Source of the DNA: Paraphysomonas bandaiensis
Taxonomy: Eukaryota; Protista; Chrysophyceae
Assembly (NCBI GenBank): GCA_965644295.1
Contig: CBFFRP010000071.1
Span: 144,958 to 208,957, forward strand
Length of the DNA: 64,000 nt
Direction: 5' to 3'
Part shown: positions 27,053 to 40,145 of the stretch, in pieces
Layout of the letters: each line of letters starts with the position of its first letter
Position numbering within the stretch: position 1 is the first letter of the stretch
The notes under the pieces: generated by a model
What the model saw: the letters and a program-made list of their open reading frames with translations, nothing else
The model's database searches: none
What the model was told of the DNA's origin: nothing
Made by a program: the position numbers and the translations under genes

Positions 27053-27144
27053 CCACTGGTTGCAAGGGAACTATATCGTCCCACGCTCTAAATTTTGAAC
27101 CGAGTGAGACAGGGGACGATACTCGTTATCTCGTTATCCCTAGG
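27053..27144. mobile_element. Possible tiny piggyBac-like MITE
   Basis: TTAA on both flanks, CC...GG ends, inner inverted repeat TATCGTCCC / GGGACGATA. A similar right end occurs at ~51551-51586. Confidence 0.35.
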
Positions 27145-28111
27145 TTAAATTGTTGCTTATCCTCATGATGCTAAAAACCTAACCCTACATGTAGCTTGAT
27201 TGCTGTCAGAGGAAATACGTTGCTTTTCTCTGATCTCTGATTAACAGTAAGAAAACGTTGAATAGCTAAAGTACTGTTTCCAATCAATGTCAAACTCAGG
27301 GAATGTCAATTGCACTACATTGACTCGATAGAATAAACTTTGACATGTCAATAATGTAACTCTACCACAAAAGAATGCTGAAGGAATAGCTAAAGCGATG
27401 AATTGAAATTCGTACATAAAAATGATGATGAATCTGAAATTGTACTCGCACGAGGCTTCTTTTGTTGTTACTTGCATCATCATCACATTTATTTACATCA
27501 CGCTAAACCCCTGCTAGCCTGCTAGTGCAACTGAGTCGGATGCTGTGCGAACTGAGTGGGCAGAACAATAATATTTGCTGGGGCTAGATATGCGGATCAT
27601 ATGTTTCTTGAGCAGAATTTTCTTTACCCTACCGATGAGGAAAGTTCTAACTGCATCCTGTAACTCCTTTGTTGGCCATACTTCCAAAATAATAATGATA
27701 AGTATATACACCTCTAATGGATATAAACAACAAGCAACTTTCAAAGCCAAAAAATTGTATTATACTTTTAATCATTGGTATATTCTACCTACTACGATTC
27801 TCTGTCAAAGGGATGGTCTTTATTCTATTTCAATTCAGACATACCAGTTTAATCATAACTGACTACGATAATTCATCGTCAATTTATAAGGAAAAGTACG
27901 ATCAAGGTATTTCATCTAGTTCAAATGCATGTTATGCAGTAGTATAAAAGATATGTATTAAAGAAACACAAGTATGTACAATGAACCTGAATATTATTGA
28001 ATGTATAAGATCTAGTCTACCTATATGATTGTATACTATTGGTTGGCATTTAGAAAGAGTGACAGAGTCTTTATAGAGTGAATGATGAGAAATGCATATC
28101 GCATATTTACT

Positions 28112-28391
28112 CCCTCAACAAAGTCGGGCTCGCATCTTTTTGTGGTTTTCTGGGGGATAAGTACTAGACATTTCTCCGGGAATACTAATGTCAGCCGCAT
28201 ATATAGCCAGCAGATACTATTGTTCTGCCTACTCATAGCCAAATTCTTGTGAGGTACAAGGAACACTAATAAGTGTCACTTGTGTAGACGTCTTTGGGCC
28301 TTGACGAATAAGCAGGCATCCGGGTCCGGGGTATTGGGCCCACCTCAAGGGTAACAACCGCCGTATTGCTAATAACCAGACATCCATTACT
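28112..28391 (+). mobile_element. Ribozyme-headed retroposon, copy B (internally deleted, diverged)
   Basis: CCCTCAACAAAGTCGGGCTCGC head. The body runs to GGGCCCACCTCAAGGGTA and joins directly to the tail TATTGCTAATAACCAGACATCCATTACT. Confidence 0.85.
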
Positions 28392-28713
28392 TAACGTCAA
28401 CTTACTCCTACGTACGAACTTGTAGCTTGCTGATTTTTGTAGTGAAAATTATTGGTGTTGGTGACTAATATGTTGCTAAAATCACATTACTACCATGTTA
28501 GAAATGGACATTTCACTGAAGATAACCATGCTCTTACACTTAAAATTTAGCTTTGCTTTGTTGAACAAAATGCGCTTTCACAAGTAAGAAGTATAACCAA
28601 TTCACAACATAATCATGTAACGCCTGGTGAAGATCTGTTCTCAGCAACACCTGTTCACTCCTATCAGGGCCAGTCAAAATATATATTGACTTGCTACAAT
28701 ATATTGATTATTA

Positions 28714-29270
28714 CAATAGCTAAATCCATACACGCTGCCCAACTCATTGCCCAACAAATATCTGCGTTCTGCGTACTTTCGGGAATGGAACTCTCTATCC
28801 CCAAAGTAGTTTGCACAGTGTTTCCGATCCTACAGGATTCCAACAAGTCCTCCGACCCCATTGGCTACATCATTCTCTACGACTGGTCATGGCGCCCACA
28901 CCCAGTCCCTATCCAAACATCACTAGAGTCGATACATTACCTCGGAGCAGACCTTCCTCTCACAATCACAGACAAGGCCTCCCATGACTGGTGTCTAAAA
29001 TACCTGAAAGTCGTGACCACACACCTAGGGATTAAACAGGCCTCAGCCGGCTGTAAAGTCATGGTTATCGAGACCCAAATCATACCGACTTTGCTCTATA
29101 GAGCCACCAAAGCTTCATGGCCGCTACACTGGTACAGAGAAATTGACGCTGCTTGTGCAACCCTCTACAGAAAGGCCCTCAGTCTAGGCCCTGGATACCC
29201 CACGGAACTGATCTACCTCTCACTCAAGCACAACGGATTAGGTATGAAACGTTTCTCAGACTCGGCGCAG
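28714..29270 (+). pseudogene. LINE ORF, 5' part (RT downstream of the YADD motif, and thumb)
   Basis: GMELSIPK, IHYLG and LYLSLKHNGLGMKRF are typical of late RT/thumb regions of non-LTR elements. Confidence 0.85.
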
Positions 29271-30327
29271 GTGTGCAGCCGTGCTGCAATTGTTCTTCAG
29301 CGGTTACGCAAGAGAGGTGGAAAAGGTAGTGTAACGCTGTGGCGTTCAACTATACTCCTGTGAGTGAGATTTGGATGTCTATCTACTGGTGAGTGCTATG
29401 GCTATGGTTGGATACTTATATGGGCTACGCTAGGAAGATTGAGACCTCTTGCTGGTGATACATATTGTGTATATTATTATATCTATGCTTGTATGTACAC
29501 TACACTATGCCTTGCACTGCATGTCATTATTGTATTGATATTGCATTGTATGCACTCACATTTATTACTATATCACTCACATCACACCACACCACACATA
29601 TATGACATACATTATACATCATATATATCATTGCATACATACTACACTACTTCACACTTATATCTCTATGCTGTGTTGGTATTAATTCTTCTCTAGCTGC
29701 AGATAGAGGGAATTAGATATCAATATAGTGCATTCATATTCATCTATACCTTCTTCTATCTCTATATGTATGTGTAGTACCATCTATATCCATCATCACA
29801 CTCTTATCACTTGCATACTGTATGGCATATAGTACACGTGCTTGTATAAGATCCAAGTCTTGTCATAAGCACGATCTGCATGTATACATGACATAAATAC
29901 AACCTATGTATGATATATGTACACATTGTATCACCTGAGGGTCCATTCATCTTGTCATGAGGCCACTGGTACTCTCTGTGTGGTCTTCATATTCCTGTGG
30001 AGCGCAGTGGACTCTAACTCCTCGTGTTCATGATGTTTGGAGCCGTGACTTGCGTCAGACGTCTGTCATTATGGACTTGAGTAGTGTGCCAAGTGTCATC
30101 GTCTATCTCTTACTGGTTATGGAGTGTTGACATGTATCTGCAATGAGCGTTCAGAGCATCATCATCTTCAGTCTCTTCTCAACTGTTGTTTTTGTCGTAT
30201 GCCGTATTTACTGTATTTACTGTATTTGCTGTATACTCCTGGATGCTACTCTGCTATGCGGGATGTATGAGACCTTGTACTCCTCTGTATATGCGACTGT
30301 ATGATGCTGTATATGATTCCGAGTATA

Positions 30328-33321
30328 CCGACAACAGCATCGGAGGGGCAGCACCCACATCGGAGGGGCAACATCCGTAGTCCCGTTTTTGTGTTCTGTA
30401 CGTGAATATTAGTATGATCGAATGGGGATGGCGGGCTCTTCATATCTACACACCACATCCAAATAAGCATATCTTCATATTTAAACTATTCGGAATACAC
30501 TGTTGTGTTGTTGTGCCCACTGTAGAAACTTAATTTTATCGATTTTATGCTGTAATGATGCAGGAAAACCACCCAAATAATGACCACAGTGGGGATCACA
30601 CAATCCCATTATCATGAAGTGCTCGTGACAATCATACATCCCTACTAGATGAAGACTGTCCCCTGGATGATTTGTCATTAGATATCTTTTGAAGGAGCTT
30701 CAGAAAGAGCTATCAGCGGATGAGGTATACGACGAAAAGTGTTTACATGAAGCTCTTCTGCAGCAGTGCAGGGCAACTATGAAAGGAAGGATATATGCAA
30801 AGATATCCAAAGAGAATGGGGAAATGGAGGGAGAAACAAAACTAGGAGACAAGATTTGAAGATAGGTGGCATTGAATATATATCATTATGCTTTATCATG
30901 AAGACTTTAAAGCGAACTAGAATTTAAGGACATACATACTTCCCTTGCAGTAAGTTGTAAGACGAAGTTGTTTGTGAGTATGGATTTCATGATATATACA
31001 ACTAATGTGGTGTACGTTGTAGATCGCCGTAATGATATTGCTTTTTGGTCAATAGTACATACTTAAATCATCGTATGCCTTATTTGCATAAACCATTTGA
31101 TGTAACCTAAAACTGTAATGATGTATGTTATACTTTCCGTGTAGTAAGCTATTTATGCATGTATATTGCATGATGTAACAAATGTAATGTATGCTGTAGG
31201 CCGCTGCAATGATATTCGAATTTGTTTTTGTTAATTGCACATACTCAAACCTTCGTATGTCACAACTATTTGTCTAACGTTATCTCGCAGCAGCAATTTC
31301 TAGCGAGCGTGTGCAAGCAAGCTAGGGACTATTTATTATAGTTTACAGACAATCGTTTCAATGTACTCATGCTAAGGTATAGCAAGTAGCTATGTAACGC
31401 TTGTAAAATGTTTATATGTGCGCGAATAATAAGACGAAGAGCCGTTGCATCTAACACTATTATAAAACGGGACAACCTCACCCCTGTACGTCATTTGTCT
31501 AAATTTTAAAGTCTAAAATATTTACTACCTGCCAAACTGTGTCTAGGTACAAGTAGGAAAAGGCTTGTTAAGACCCTGATATAGTGGAGAAATTTTGCAA
31601 GGAGGAGGGGTGAGAAGAAAGAAATAATGCCGCAGCTTTGGCGAAACATGCGAAGGCGGCTTAGGCTCTGTTGGGAAGGTAATCAGAGAAGGACAGGTTT
31701 AATTCCTTATCTCCAGAGCAGTATAAGGCTGAGAAAGTGACCAAGAAAAGAGTAGGAGCTGAAGCAATAAGACAGAAGTTTGAAGCAGTCGCTGGAGAAT
31801 TAGCTGAAGCTCTTGTTTTCCTTGAAACATATCATCGTTGAAGAGTATCTGAGTTAAACGTTTTTGAAGTATATTAGTTGAAACATGTTTTGTTTGAAAA
31901 GTGTTTCAGCTGTAACATGTCTTGTTTGAAAAGTGTTTTAGTTGTAACATGTCTTCTTTGAAAAATATTTTAGTTTTAACATGTTTTGGATGAACAAATG
32001 AGAAGTATTCTAGCTGAACCATGTTTTGTTTAAAAAGTGTATTAAGTAGAAACGTACTAACCTTTTTTAAAAGTATCTGAATTGAAACAACTTTTGAAAC
32101 ATCTAAACGATGTATGAAATAAATTGCCCAGGAATAGTATGAAAAAAATTCCATGTACCTGCACGAAACAGATTGCTTACGAGGCCAGGCAGCAAGCAGT
32201 ATAACCGTTTTTCGTCTTATTATTCGCGCACATATAAACATTTTACAAGCGTTACATAGCTACTTGCTATACCTTAGCATGAGTACATTGAAACGATTGT
32301 CTGTAAACTATAATAAATAGTCCCTAGCCTGCTTGCACATGCTCGCTAGAAATTGTTGCTGCGAGATAACGTTAGACAAATAGTTGTGACATACGAAGGT
32401 TTGAGTATGTGCAATTAACAAAAACAAATTCGAATATCATTGCAGCGGCCTACAGCATACATTACATTTGTTACATCATGCAATATACATGCATAAATAG
32501 CTTACTACACGGAAAGTATAACATACATCATTACAGTTTTAGGTTACATCAAATGGTTTATGCAAATAAGGCATACGATGATTTAAGTATGTACTATTGA
32601 CCAAAAAGCAATATCATTACGGCGATCTACAACGTACACCACATTAGTTGTATATATCATGAAATCCATACTCACAAACAACTTCGTCTTACAACTTACT
32701 GCAAGGGAAGTATGTATGTCCTTAAATTCTAGTTCGCTTTAAAGTCTTCATGATAAAGCATAATGATATATATTCAATGCCACCTATCTTCAAATCTTGT
32801 CTCCTAGTTTTGTTTCTCCCTCCATTTCCCCATTCTCTTTGGATATCTTTGCATATATCCTTCCTTTCATAGTTGCCCTGCACTGCTGCAGAAGAGCTTC
32901 ATGTAAACACTTTTCGTCGTATACCTCATCCGCTGATAGCTCTTTCTGAAGCTCCTTCAAAAGATATCTAATGACAAATCATCCAGGGGACAGTCTTCAT
33001 CTAGTAGGGATGTATGATTGTCACGAGCACTTCATGATAATGGGATTGTGTGATCCCCACTGTGGTCATTATTTGGGTGGTTTTCCTGCATCATTACAGC
33101 ATAAAATCGATAAAATTAAGTTTCTACAGTGGGCACAACAACACAACAGTACATTCCGAATAGTTTAAATATGAAGATATGCTTATTTGGATGTGGTGTG
33201 TAGATATGAAGAGCCCGCCATCCCCATTCGATCATACTAATATTCACGTACAGAACACAAAAACGGGACTACGGATGTTGCCCCTCCGATGTGGGTGCTG
33301 CCCCTCCGATGCTGTTGTCGG
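30328..33321. mobile_element. Foldback-type DNA element with ~1.11-kb terminal inverted repeats
   Basis: Arms 30328-31438 and 32211-33321 are near-identical reverse complements. Flanked by TATA on both sides (TA-type TSD). The 772-bp spacer has no intact ORF. Confidence 0.92.
31875..32045. repeat. ~30-bp degenerate tandem repeat (GTTGAAACATGTTTTGTTTGAAAAGTGTTT)
   Basis: About 5 imperfect units in the foldback spacer. Confidence 0.75.
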
Positions 33322-33820
33322 TATACAGTATTGTGCTGTTGTATATCTGTGTATGGTCTATAGTACAGTGACGGTATATTGTCGAGTACAAGCATATGAT
33401 TGGACGATATTCTCATTTTGGTGTGCTGGAGACTCTGTTGGTTGGAGTTGGTCTTCATAGCATTCTACGGGAGTGTTCCAGAAAACTGATATGTCCACAT
33501 AATCAACCAAATCTTGTACAATCTTTTGTAGAATATTGTTCTAGATGTTATTGTGCGCTTCTAGATAGCTTGTAGAACATGAGTGGTTCTTTGTGAGTTA
33601 TTTTGTGTTCTGCTTGCTGTTCAGTATTTTGTTAGAGTGCCTTACACCTTAACACGTAGTTGGAGGTGTCTAATTATAAGAGCTTGGGGGTGCCTGAGCT
33701 GTTGTAAGGCTTAATAACAAACATATTCTTCTTCTCTTTATTGCTTCTTTCTTATATTTTGATTGTTTATTCATATATAGTGGCTGCACCCGGTGTTATA
33801 CCTCGGGTTTGGTTAAACAG

Positions 33821-35848
33821 GAGCAAAAATGGGGATCTCTACAGCGCGCAATAACCCTCGGGGGAGAAGCAGGTCAAGCAGCACATTTTCTACTCACTCA
33901 GACAACAGAGCCACAGCCCCAATACCACCACTATGCTCTCAGCCTCAGGGAATGGGGAACGGAATTGGGCCTTACCCTTCAGGAACCTGAGCCCCCCGAA
34001 CCACAGGATGAACACATGCTGACCAACCTAAAACAAGAACTCGGCCTTAATAGTGTCCAACCAGATACTTTCAAGGCTATCTTCACAGATGGATCATACA
34101 CAGCCAGTGCGCTCTCCACGCGTCGCCTCACTCATGTCAATCCGCGAACACGATGGACACACCGAGGAGGTGCAGCGGTCGTCTACTTACCCCCAGAAAA
34201 TGCCTGGGAAGATGGTACAACCACAATACTACGACTAGATACACCCTTTCGTGACGTGCCCGGTTTGGACTCATACGCATATGAACTCATAGGCACAGCC
34301 ATGGGGCTTATACTCTCAACACGTATTCCCGAACACATAAGAAGCCACACAGACTGTCAGGCAGTGTGCACCCGCACTGAGGAAGCACTCTCCACAAGAC
34401 GCAGAGCTCTCGGTCACCGTGCAAAAGGGGTACTACTCGAAAGCATCGCGGCCAGCAGAGATTACAAACGACAGGTGACCTGGGTGAGGTCTCATCCCGA
34501 ACGACGTACCACAGATGAAACGGAGTGGACGTTTGAGGACAAGGGCATCTATATTGCTGACGCAGTTGCGGGTGAAGACTGGCATGAAGTCGATCGCATC
34601 CTTGGAAAAAATAACTACACTGTCTGTACAATTGCGATTGACAGTGCCATCGAACGCTTACTAACTGCTGGATTATGGCACTGGCGTATGCACAGTACAA
34701 GACGGCCATACTACTCTAGCCCACTCCTTACTAATTTCCAGGATCTCTGCGACCTAAGGACACTTGAGAACTACACTTCAACCAGAGATCAACGCTACGG
34801 ACACAATCCTGATCGAGCGCCTGGCTACTGGACCAATAGCGGAGTACACCTCCCGCGCAAACTCGCTCAAGCGGATGGCAGTGCATCCAAAGACAAACTC
34901 AGCTCAAATCTACGCCAAAGAATACTCAACACGGCACTGACATGGGACAAATCTTTCTGCATAGGGAGGAACCGGGCCAAAACCAAACAGGGGCTTGACC
35001 TGACCAAAGCCGCATGCTCTGACTGCGGGTTTCGACTAGATTCCCTAAAACATATGTGCCTCGACTGCACACATGAATCCATCACCCAAATAAGGGAAAC
35101 TGCATTTCAATCGCATAAAAATGTGCTACACGAAATACAGAGAACTCAGACCTTACCCAACTGGATCACATCTGCACTACGGAGACTCTCCAGCATAGCC
35201 TGGAATCCCTCCATCCCACAGGTCGAGAGATACTGGACTGGAACCATCACAGCAGCCCAACTGGAAACGGTCTTCGGAGATGCCATACACAACCACCTGA
35301 CGGCACACAGTCTACGGAACCTAGAAACAGCGGTTATTAATCTCCTGCAACCGCTTTACACTGCAGCGAAGCTTATGTTACAGGATCGCGGTTGTCGCTA
35401 TATCACCATGTCCAAAAGGCCGCCCAGGCTACTCCCGAGACCCCGTCCGAAACGCAGTCAGTCAAGACAACGCCCGAGAGTCCTTCGCTTACTAGGGGTC
35501 CAACGACGACCCCCCACAGCGTATCCGACTCCAGACACACGTGCACACCTCACAGGTCCTACCCGACAGAGCACTGGACTGCCCAGACCTCCACAATGCC
35601 GACGGCTTCGACAACTCTATCTACACCCGCGGCCCCACAGGAGCACAGTAACACAGACTACAAACCCTACCCCTCCTCCCAACAATCCCCACCACCCTCA
35701 ACCCACACATCTGGAACTAGGTGCACTCAAGACCCTAATTAGAACGCTGAGCCCCCTCCAAAACCAATGGAGACCCATCCCAAAGGGAGACCCCCAGATC
35801 AATAGCGCCGGTGAGTCCCAGGACACACGATCATGGCGAGCCTCATAA
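33821..35848 (+). pseudogene. LINE ORF, 3' part: RNase H, CCHC knuckle, basic tail
   Basis: RNase H residues IFTDGS, YAYELIG, HTDCQA, WVRSHPE and IADAVA. CSDCGFRLDSLKHMCLDC is C-x2-C-x8-H-x4-C. No internal stops. Confidence 0.9.
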
Positions 35849-36744
35849 CACACACTAAGAACGGAAGTGGTTGCACCTTGGTGCTTGCGGCGACGCACAA
35901 GCAGCTTCTGTAGCGTTAAATAGTAGGATAAAAGAGCTTGTATTGATTAGTTACGGGTAGTGGTCTAACTAGTATGACTAGCATTCTTCTAGCCACTAAT
36001 TGATGCAAGGTCTCAACGCCTATTGCTAAATAATCAGACATTCACTACTATTGATTATTATTATTTTAGCAGAATTTGGCCTCGCAATATATTGCAATAT
36101 ATTGATATATATTGCTCATATGCTAGTGTGTCTTATAAAATATATTTGATTTATCATAAACGACCCTTTATAATCACATATAACTCATATACTTTTATGA
36201 TATCGAACAATTATGATAACTACCTGCAACGAAGAACACAATTTATGTTCAATATTAGAAGTGTACTGTCTCTGTCAAGCTATTTTCCGAATAGTAAACT
36301 CCAAACTGTTTAAATTGATGCTGCCATCCTCATGCAATTATGTTTTTCTTATAACCTATATCTTACATAGTATATAGTCACACATTGAATTTAATTCCTT
36401 TGTAATTGTATTCACCATTCACCCCTTACACCTATGAGTTGATTTCACGTATTCCACACTATTAAGTCACTGCAATTGCACAATTTATATCGCATCATAC
36501 TGCAGAACTCAACATACAACGTAACAGCCTTACTCTCTTGAAATATACACCGTGTCTAACTAAACCCAATTTAACATCACCTTTCAAGAACAAATCTATC
36601 CTGCAACAATAAAGTTGTAACTAGTAATGTATTAATTATTAAAAACAAATAACCAAAGCTATCAGTGTAATGGGCCAGCAAGCGTTTCCGTGTATAATGA
36701 ACAATGTAGTCCTACACGGTTCAGCTGGCAAAATGTTAACCAGA

Positions 36745-39316
36745 TTAGTCACTGCCTTCATCATCTGACCACTCCATTGCTCTAATTTCATCCTGCATAG
36801 CACTAACATCGGTATTTCCCTCGTCATATTCACTACTATATTCATCATCATCACCAGATTCATCTTCACTGTCTGACCCATCTTCATCCTTGCGGTGATT
36901 GCGAGACCCACTATCAATCGGGTTAATTGATGTCGCTGCCCGAATCAAACCTTTACCGGGTGAAGCAGCAGCGGTGTCGACAATCAGTGTTTTATCACCG
37001 GTATGAACTAATAGTGCACTCTTATCGGATGACATCAGCTTCGCAAGTCGTTCAGACGCACAAGGTGGGAGTGGTTTTTGTATTTCCCGTAGAGGTTCGA
37101 ATCCTTTTACACTCATCGGAGCGATGCCCAGTTCTAGTCGCCGTGTCTTAGCGACGGAAGAGTATTGCTCACATTGGTTCGCTAGCGCACGAGTGAGGTC
37201 CCTCCACTTCGCAACCTTGCATTTTTTGTTAAATGCTTTCAGCTTTTTCGTTGTAATGTAGAGATATTCCGGCAACCCGACGTGAAATCGGTATATCTCT
37301 AAGTCGTAGCGTAGAAGTGTGATGACAGTTTGTACCACCACGTCTCTCACCGGGGGCTTACTGATAGCACCCGCCGGTAGGCGTACAATATGCTGCAGGT
37401 TCGGAGCTGGGTCTGTAGATGGAGTGGTGGATGAGGTCGAGATCTCATGAGATTCAAGAATAGCAAGAAGTCGCGGACAAGTAGGAATGAACACCTCGGC
37501 ATGCGCAGCCAGCTGCTGCAGGCAAGATATGATGTGGAAGTGTAAGGGAAGATAGACAGCGGATGGGCTTGCGACAACCACCCCGTTAAGGACTTGTGAT
37601 AGCGGGAATACTAGCGGGCCCAGATCATCTTCAGCAGGCATTGCACAGAGCAAGCGTGTCCAGAGACGGAGGCAGTTAAGAAATTGCCATGTCAAGACCT
37701 GCTTAGTGGCCTCCGGGGTCTTCTTAAGTAGTGCAGTGCGGAGATGTAGAGCTAATTGTCGAGTGTACATGAATGCCTACAAACCATGCATTAGCACTTC
37801 GTAAACAACAGAAATTCGATAGCAGTAATACCTGTTGGTAGGCATGTGCAACATCTGTGCGATATAACTCTGTAACACATTGGGACATAAATATAACCGA
37901 TGTCCTTGATTGCTCGGAGAATGACTTAGCTGTGCGTGCAAAGCAAAGATATATAGCACGGAAGCACTCCTCCGTGATAGTGCCAGGAAGGAGAATCGAC
38001 ATTTGCCTAATTCGCAGGAAGCTGTGTCCTCGCACGTTCGAGGTATCATTTTCTGGGGCGGGTCCTTGTGACCATAGTCGAAGTAGAACTTTAATGACGC
38101 CCTTGGCGAGTCTTGAGACAGGGGAGAGGAGGGGAATGTATGGCTCCAGACAAGAAACAATATACGCTGCTACGTGGGATCCTCCTTGATTCGTAGAAGA
38201 GCGGTCGGTTGGGGCGGGATCATCAGCAGTAGATGTATCACTAATCTGCGTGGAAAGGCTGGCAAGAGTGTGTAATACCGATTTGTAAAAGGACAAAACA
38301 AACATCTGGAGTTTCTTCCATTTCGGATGGTCTCCAAGATTAGTAAGCTTTTCTCGCGTGAGTCCATCCAATGAGAGGTCTAAATGAGATGCAAAGACCC
38401 CACCAGCATGTTCAAGTACTTCAACCATAACATACTCATAAACCTCTGGATCACTTACAACGTAACGACTTGTTGGGCGACCGTCCACAGCAGGTTCATC
38501 ATCGCCACCTTGTGAGTTAGGTAAGCAAGTAGCGCGAAACACAGACAGAAGCTTGCGGAACGATGTCAATGAACCCGATTTTGAGGACGTCACAAGCTCA
38601 TCCACAAGAGCAGCAGTGACTTCGATAGATGATCTGTCTTGGCCACCAGCCCCGGAAATTTTACTATCATGATCATCCTCATCAATATCATCATCAGAGT
38701 CATTGTCTACATCATCTTCCTCCATATCACCACTCTCATCTTCACTCTCTTCACTCTCATCACTCTCTTCTATAGCATCATCGTCATCTTCAAAATCCAG
38801 AAGACCTGCATCATTTTTCTGCAAATAATTAAAAAACTCAGGGTCTTTCTCCTTCAAACTATCCAATTCGTCTTGGTGCCTATAGTCAAGTACATATATC
38901 ACCATATGAACACACTCACACCTCTAACAGAGGCACATACACACACATCAACATATGAACAAACACACTCACACCTCTAACAGAGGCACATACACACACA
39001 TCAACATATGAACAAACACACTCACACCTCTAACAGCGGCACATACACACACATCAACATATGAACAAACACACTCACACCTCTAACAGCGGCACATACA
39101 CATATATCGCAATACTCACTGCTTAATAGAACTCTTCTTTTTCTTTGGAGGCTCTGAAGGCTTTAAGTCTTTCATAGATATCGCTTTCTCGACCTCAATA
39201 TGAGTCATCTCCGGCTCCTCTTTCCTCACTCGTTTACGGCCCATCTTCTTCACTCCATGCTCGCTCTTAGCGGCCTTACGGAGGAACTTTATACTGCGCT
39301 TATTGGCTTTAGGCAT
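36745..39316 (-). CDS. NOC2: Nucleolar complex protein 2 homolog
   Basis: HQDELDSLKEKDPEFFNYLQKND, acidic tract, AYQQ|AFMYTRQLALHLR, WQFLNCLRLW, YLPLHFH. Three exons. Confidence 0.93.
38903..39101. repeat. 53-bp tandem repeat (~3.8 copies) in NOC2 intron 1
   Basis: Unit CATATGAACAAACACACTCACACCTCTAACAGAGGCACATACACACACATCAA starts at 38952, 39005 and 39058. Confidence 0.95.
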
Positions 39317-39423
39317 TTCGCTGGGAGTTATGTGTGTTAGTGTATGGGCTAGATATGCCTCTGGTTAACTTATCCACAACTCAATGGCCAGATAACAACA
39401 CCACCACATCCATCAATCTCACC

Positions 39424-39988
39424 TACATACATACATACATACATACATACATACATACATACATACATACATACATACATACATACATACATACATACAT
39501 ACATACATACATACATACATACATACATACATACATACATACATACATACATACATACATACATACATACATACATACATACATACATACCTACCTACCT
39601 ACCTACCTACCTACCTACCTACCTACCTACCTACCTACCTACCTACCTACCTACCTACCTACCTACCTACCTACATACATACATACATACATACATACAT
39701 ACATACATACATACATACATACATACATACATACATACATACATACATACATACATACATACATACATACATACATACATACATACATACATACGTACAT
39801 ACATACATACATACATACATACATACATACATACATACATACATACATACATACATACATACATACATACATACATACATACATACATACATACATACAT
39901 ACATACATACATACATACATACATACATACATACATACATACATACATACATACATACATACATACATACATACATACATACATACAT
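39424..39988. repeat. Compound (TACA)n(TACC)n(TACA)n microsatellite
   Basis: Lies between the divergent NOC2 and PH genes. TACC block at ~39588-39673. Confidence 0.99.
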
Positions 39989-40145
39989 TCGTACGTACGT
40001 ACATACTGCTGTGTATGCACCAGATTATGGGTTCTGCCCCTTGTCTCGATGTCTTTTTTGTTCCTAGAGTTAGTGTATCCACTGTAAAAAGCCGTGTGTT
40101 GTCTTCTGATAATTAAGCAGCTGTTATCTGTATAGTTTTCTCATC

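Larger units (their letters stand above)
29271..33820. mobile_element. Unclassified insert (~1.55 kb of LTR-like sequence once the nested foldback element is removed)
   Basis: Precisely interrupts the LINE ORF. CAGG occurs at both junctions. Begins (G)TGTGCAGCC, has GGCTGCAC about 30 bp before the right end, and ends TTAAACAG. Confidence 0.75.
28714..36048 (+). mobile_element. 5'-truncated non-LTR retrotransposon (RT C-terminus, RNase H, CCHC), split by a nested 4.55-kb insert
   Basis: 12-bp TSD TATTGATTATTA at 28702-28713 and 36049-36060. The ORF halves rejoin in frame as ..GLGMKRFSDSAQ|EQKWGSLQRA. 3' UTR ends ...CATTCACTACT. Confidence 0.92.

Noticed and set aside
30140-30180. Minus-strand CTGAAGA...GAAC as a possible hammerhead core in the LTR-like insert
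   Set aside because: No stem II and no GAAA; flanking helices not found.
30246-33460. Pairs of identical small ORFs on opposite strands
   Set aside because: A by-product of the 1.1-kb inverted arms; no protein motifs.
29271-33820. Group II intron (starts GTGTG, matching GUGYG)
   Set aside because: No recognisable domain V/VI, and the frame-restoring end is AG rather than AY.
38903-39101. Regular repeats resembling a CRISPR array
   Set aside because: Head-to-tail 53-bp units with no unique spacers, inside a spliceosomal intron, with no cas genes.
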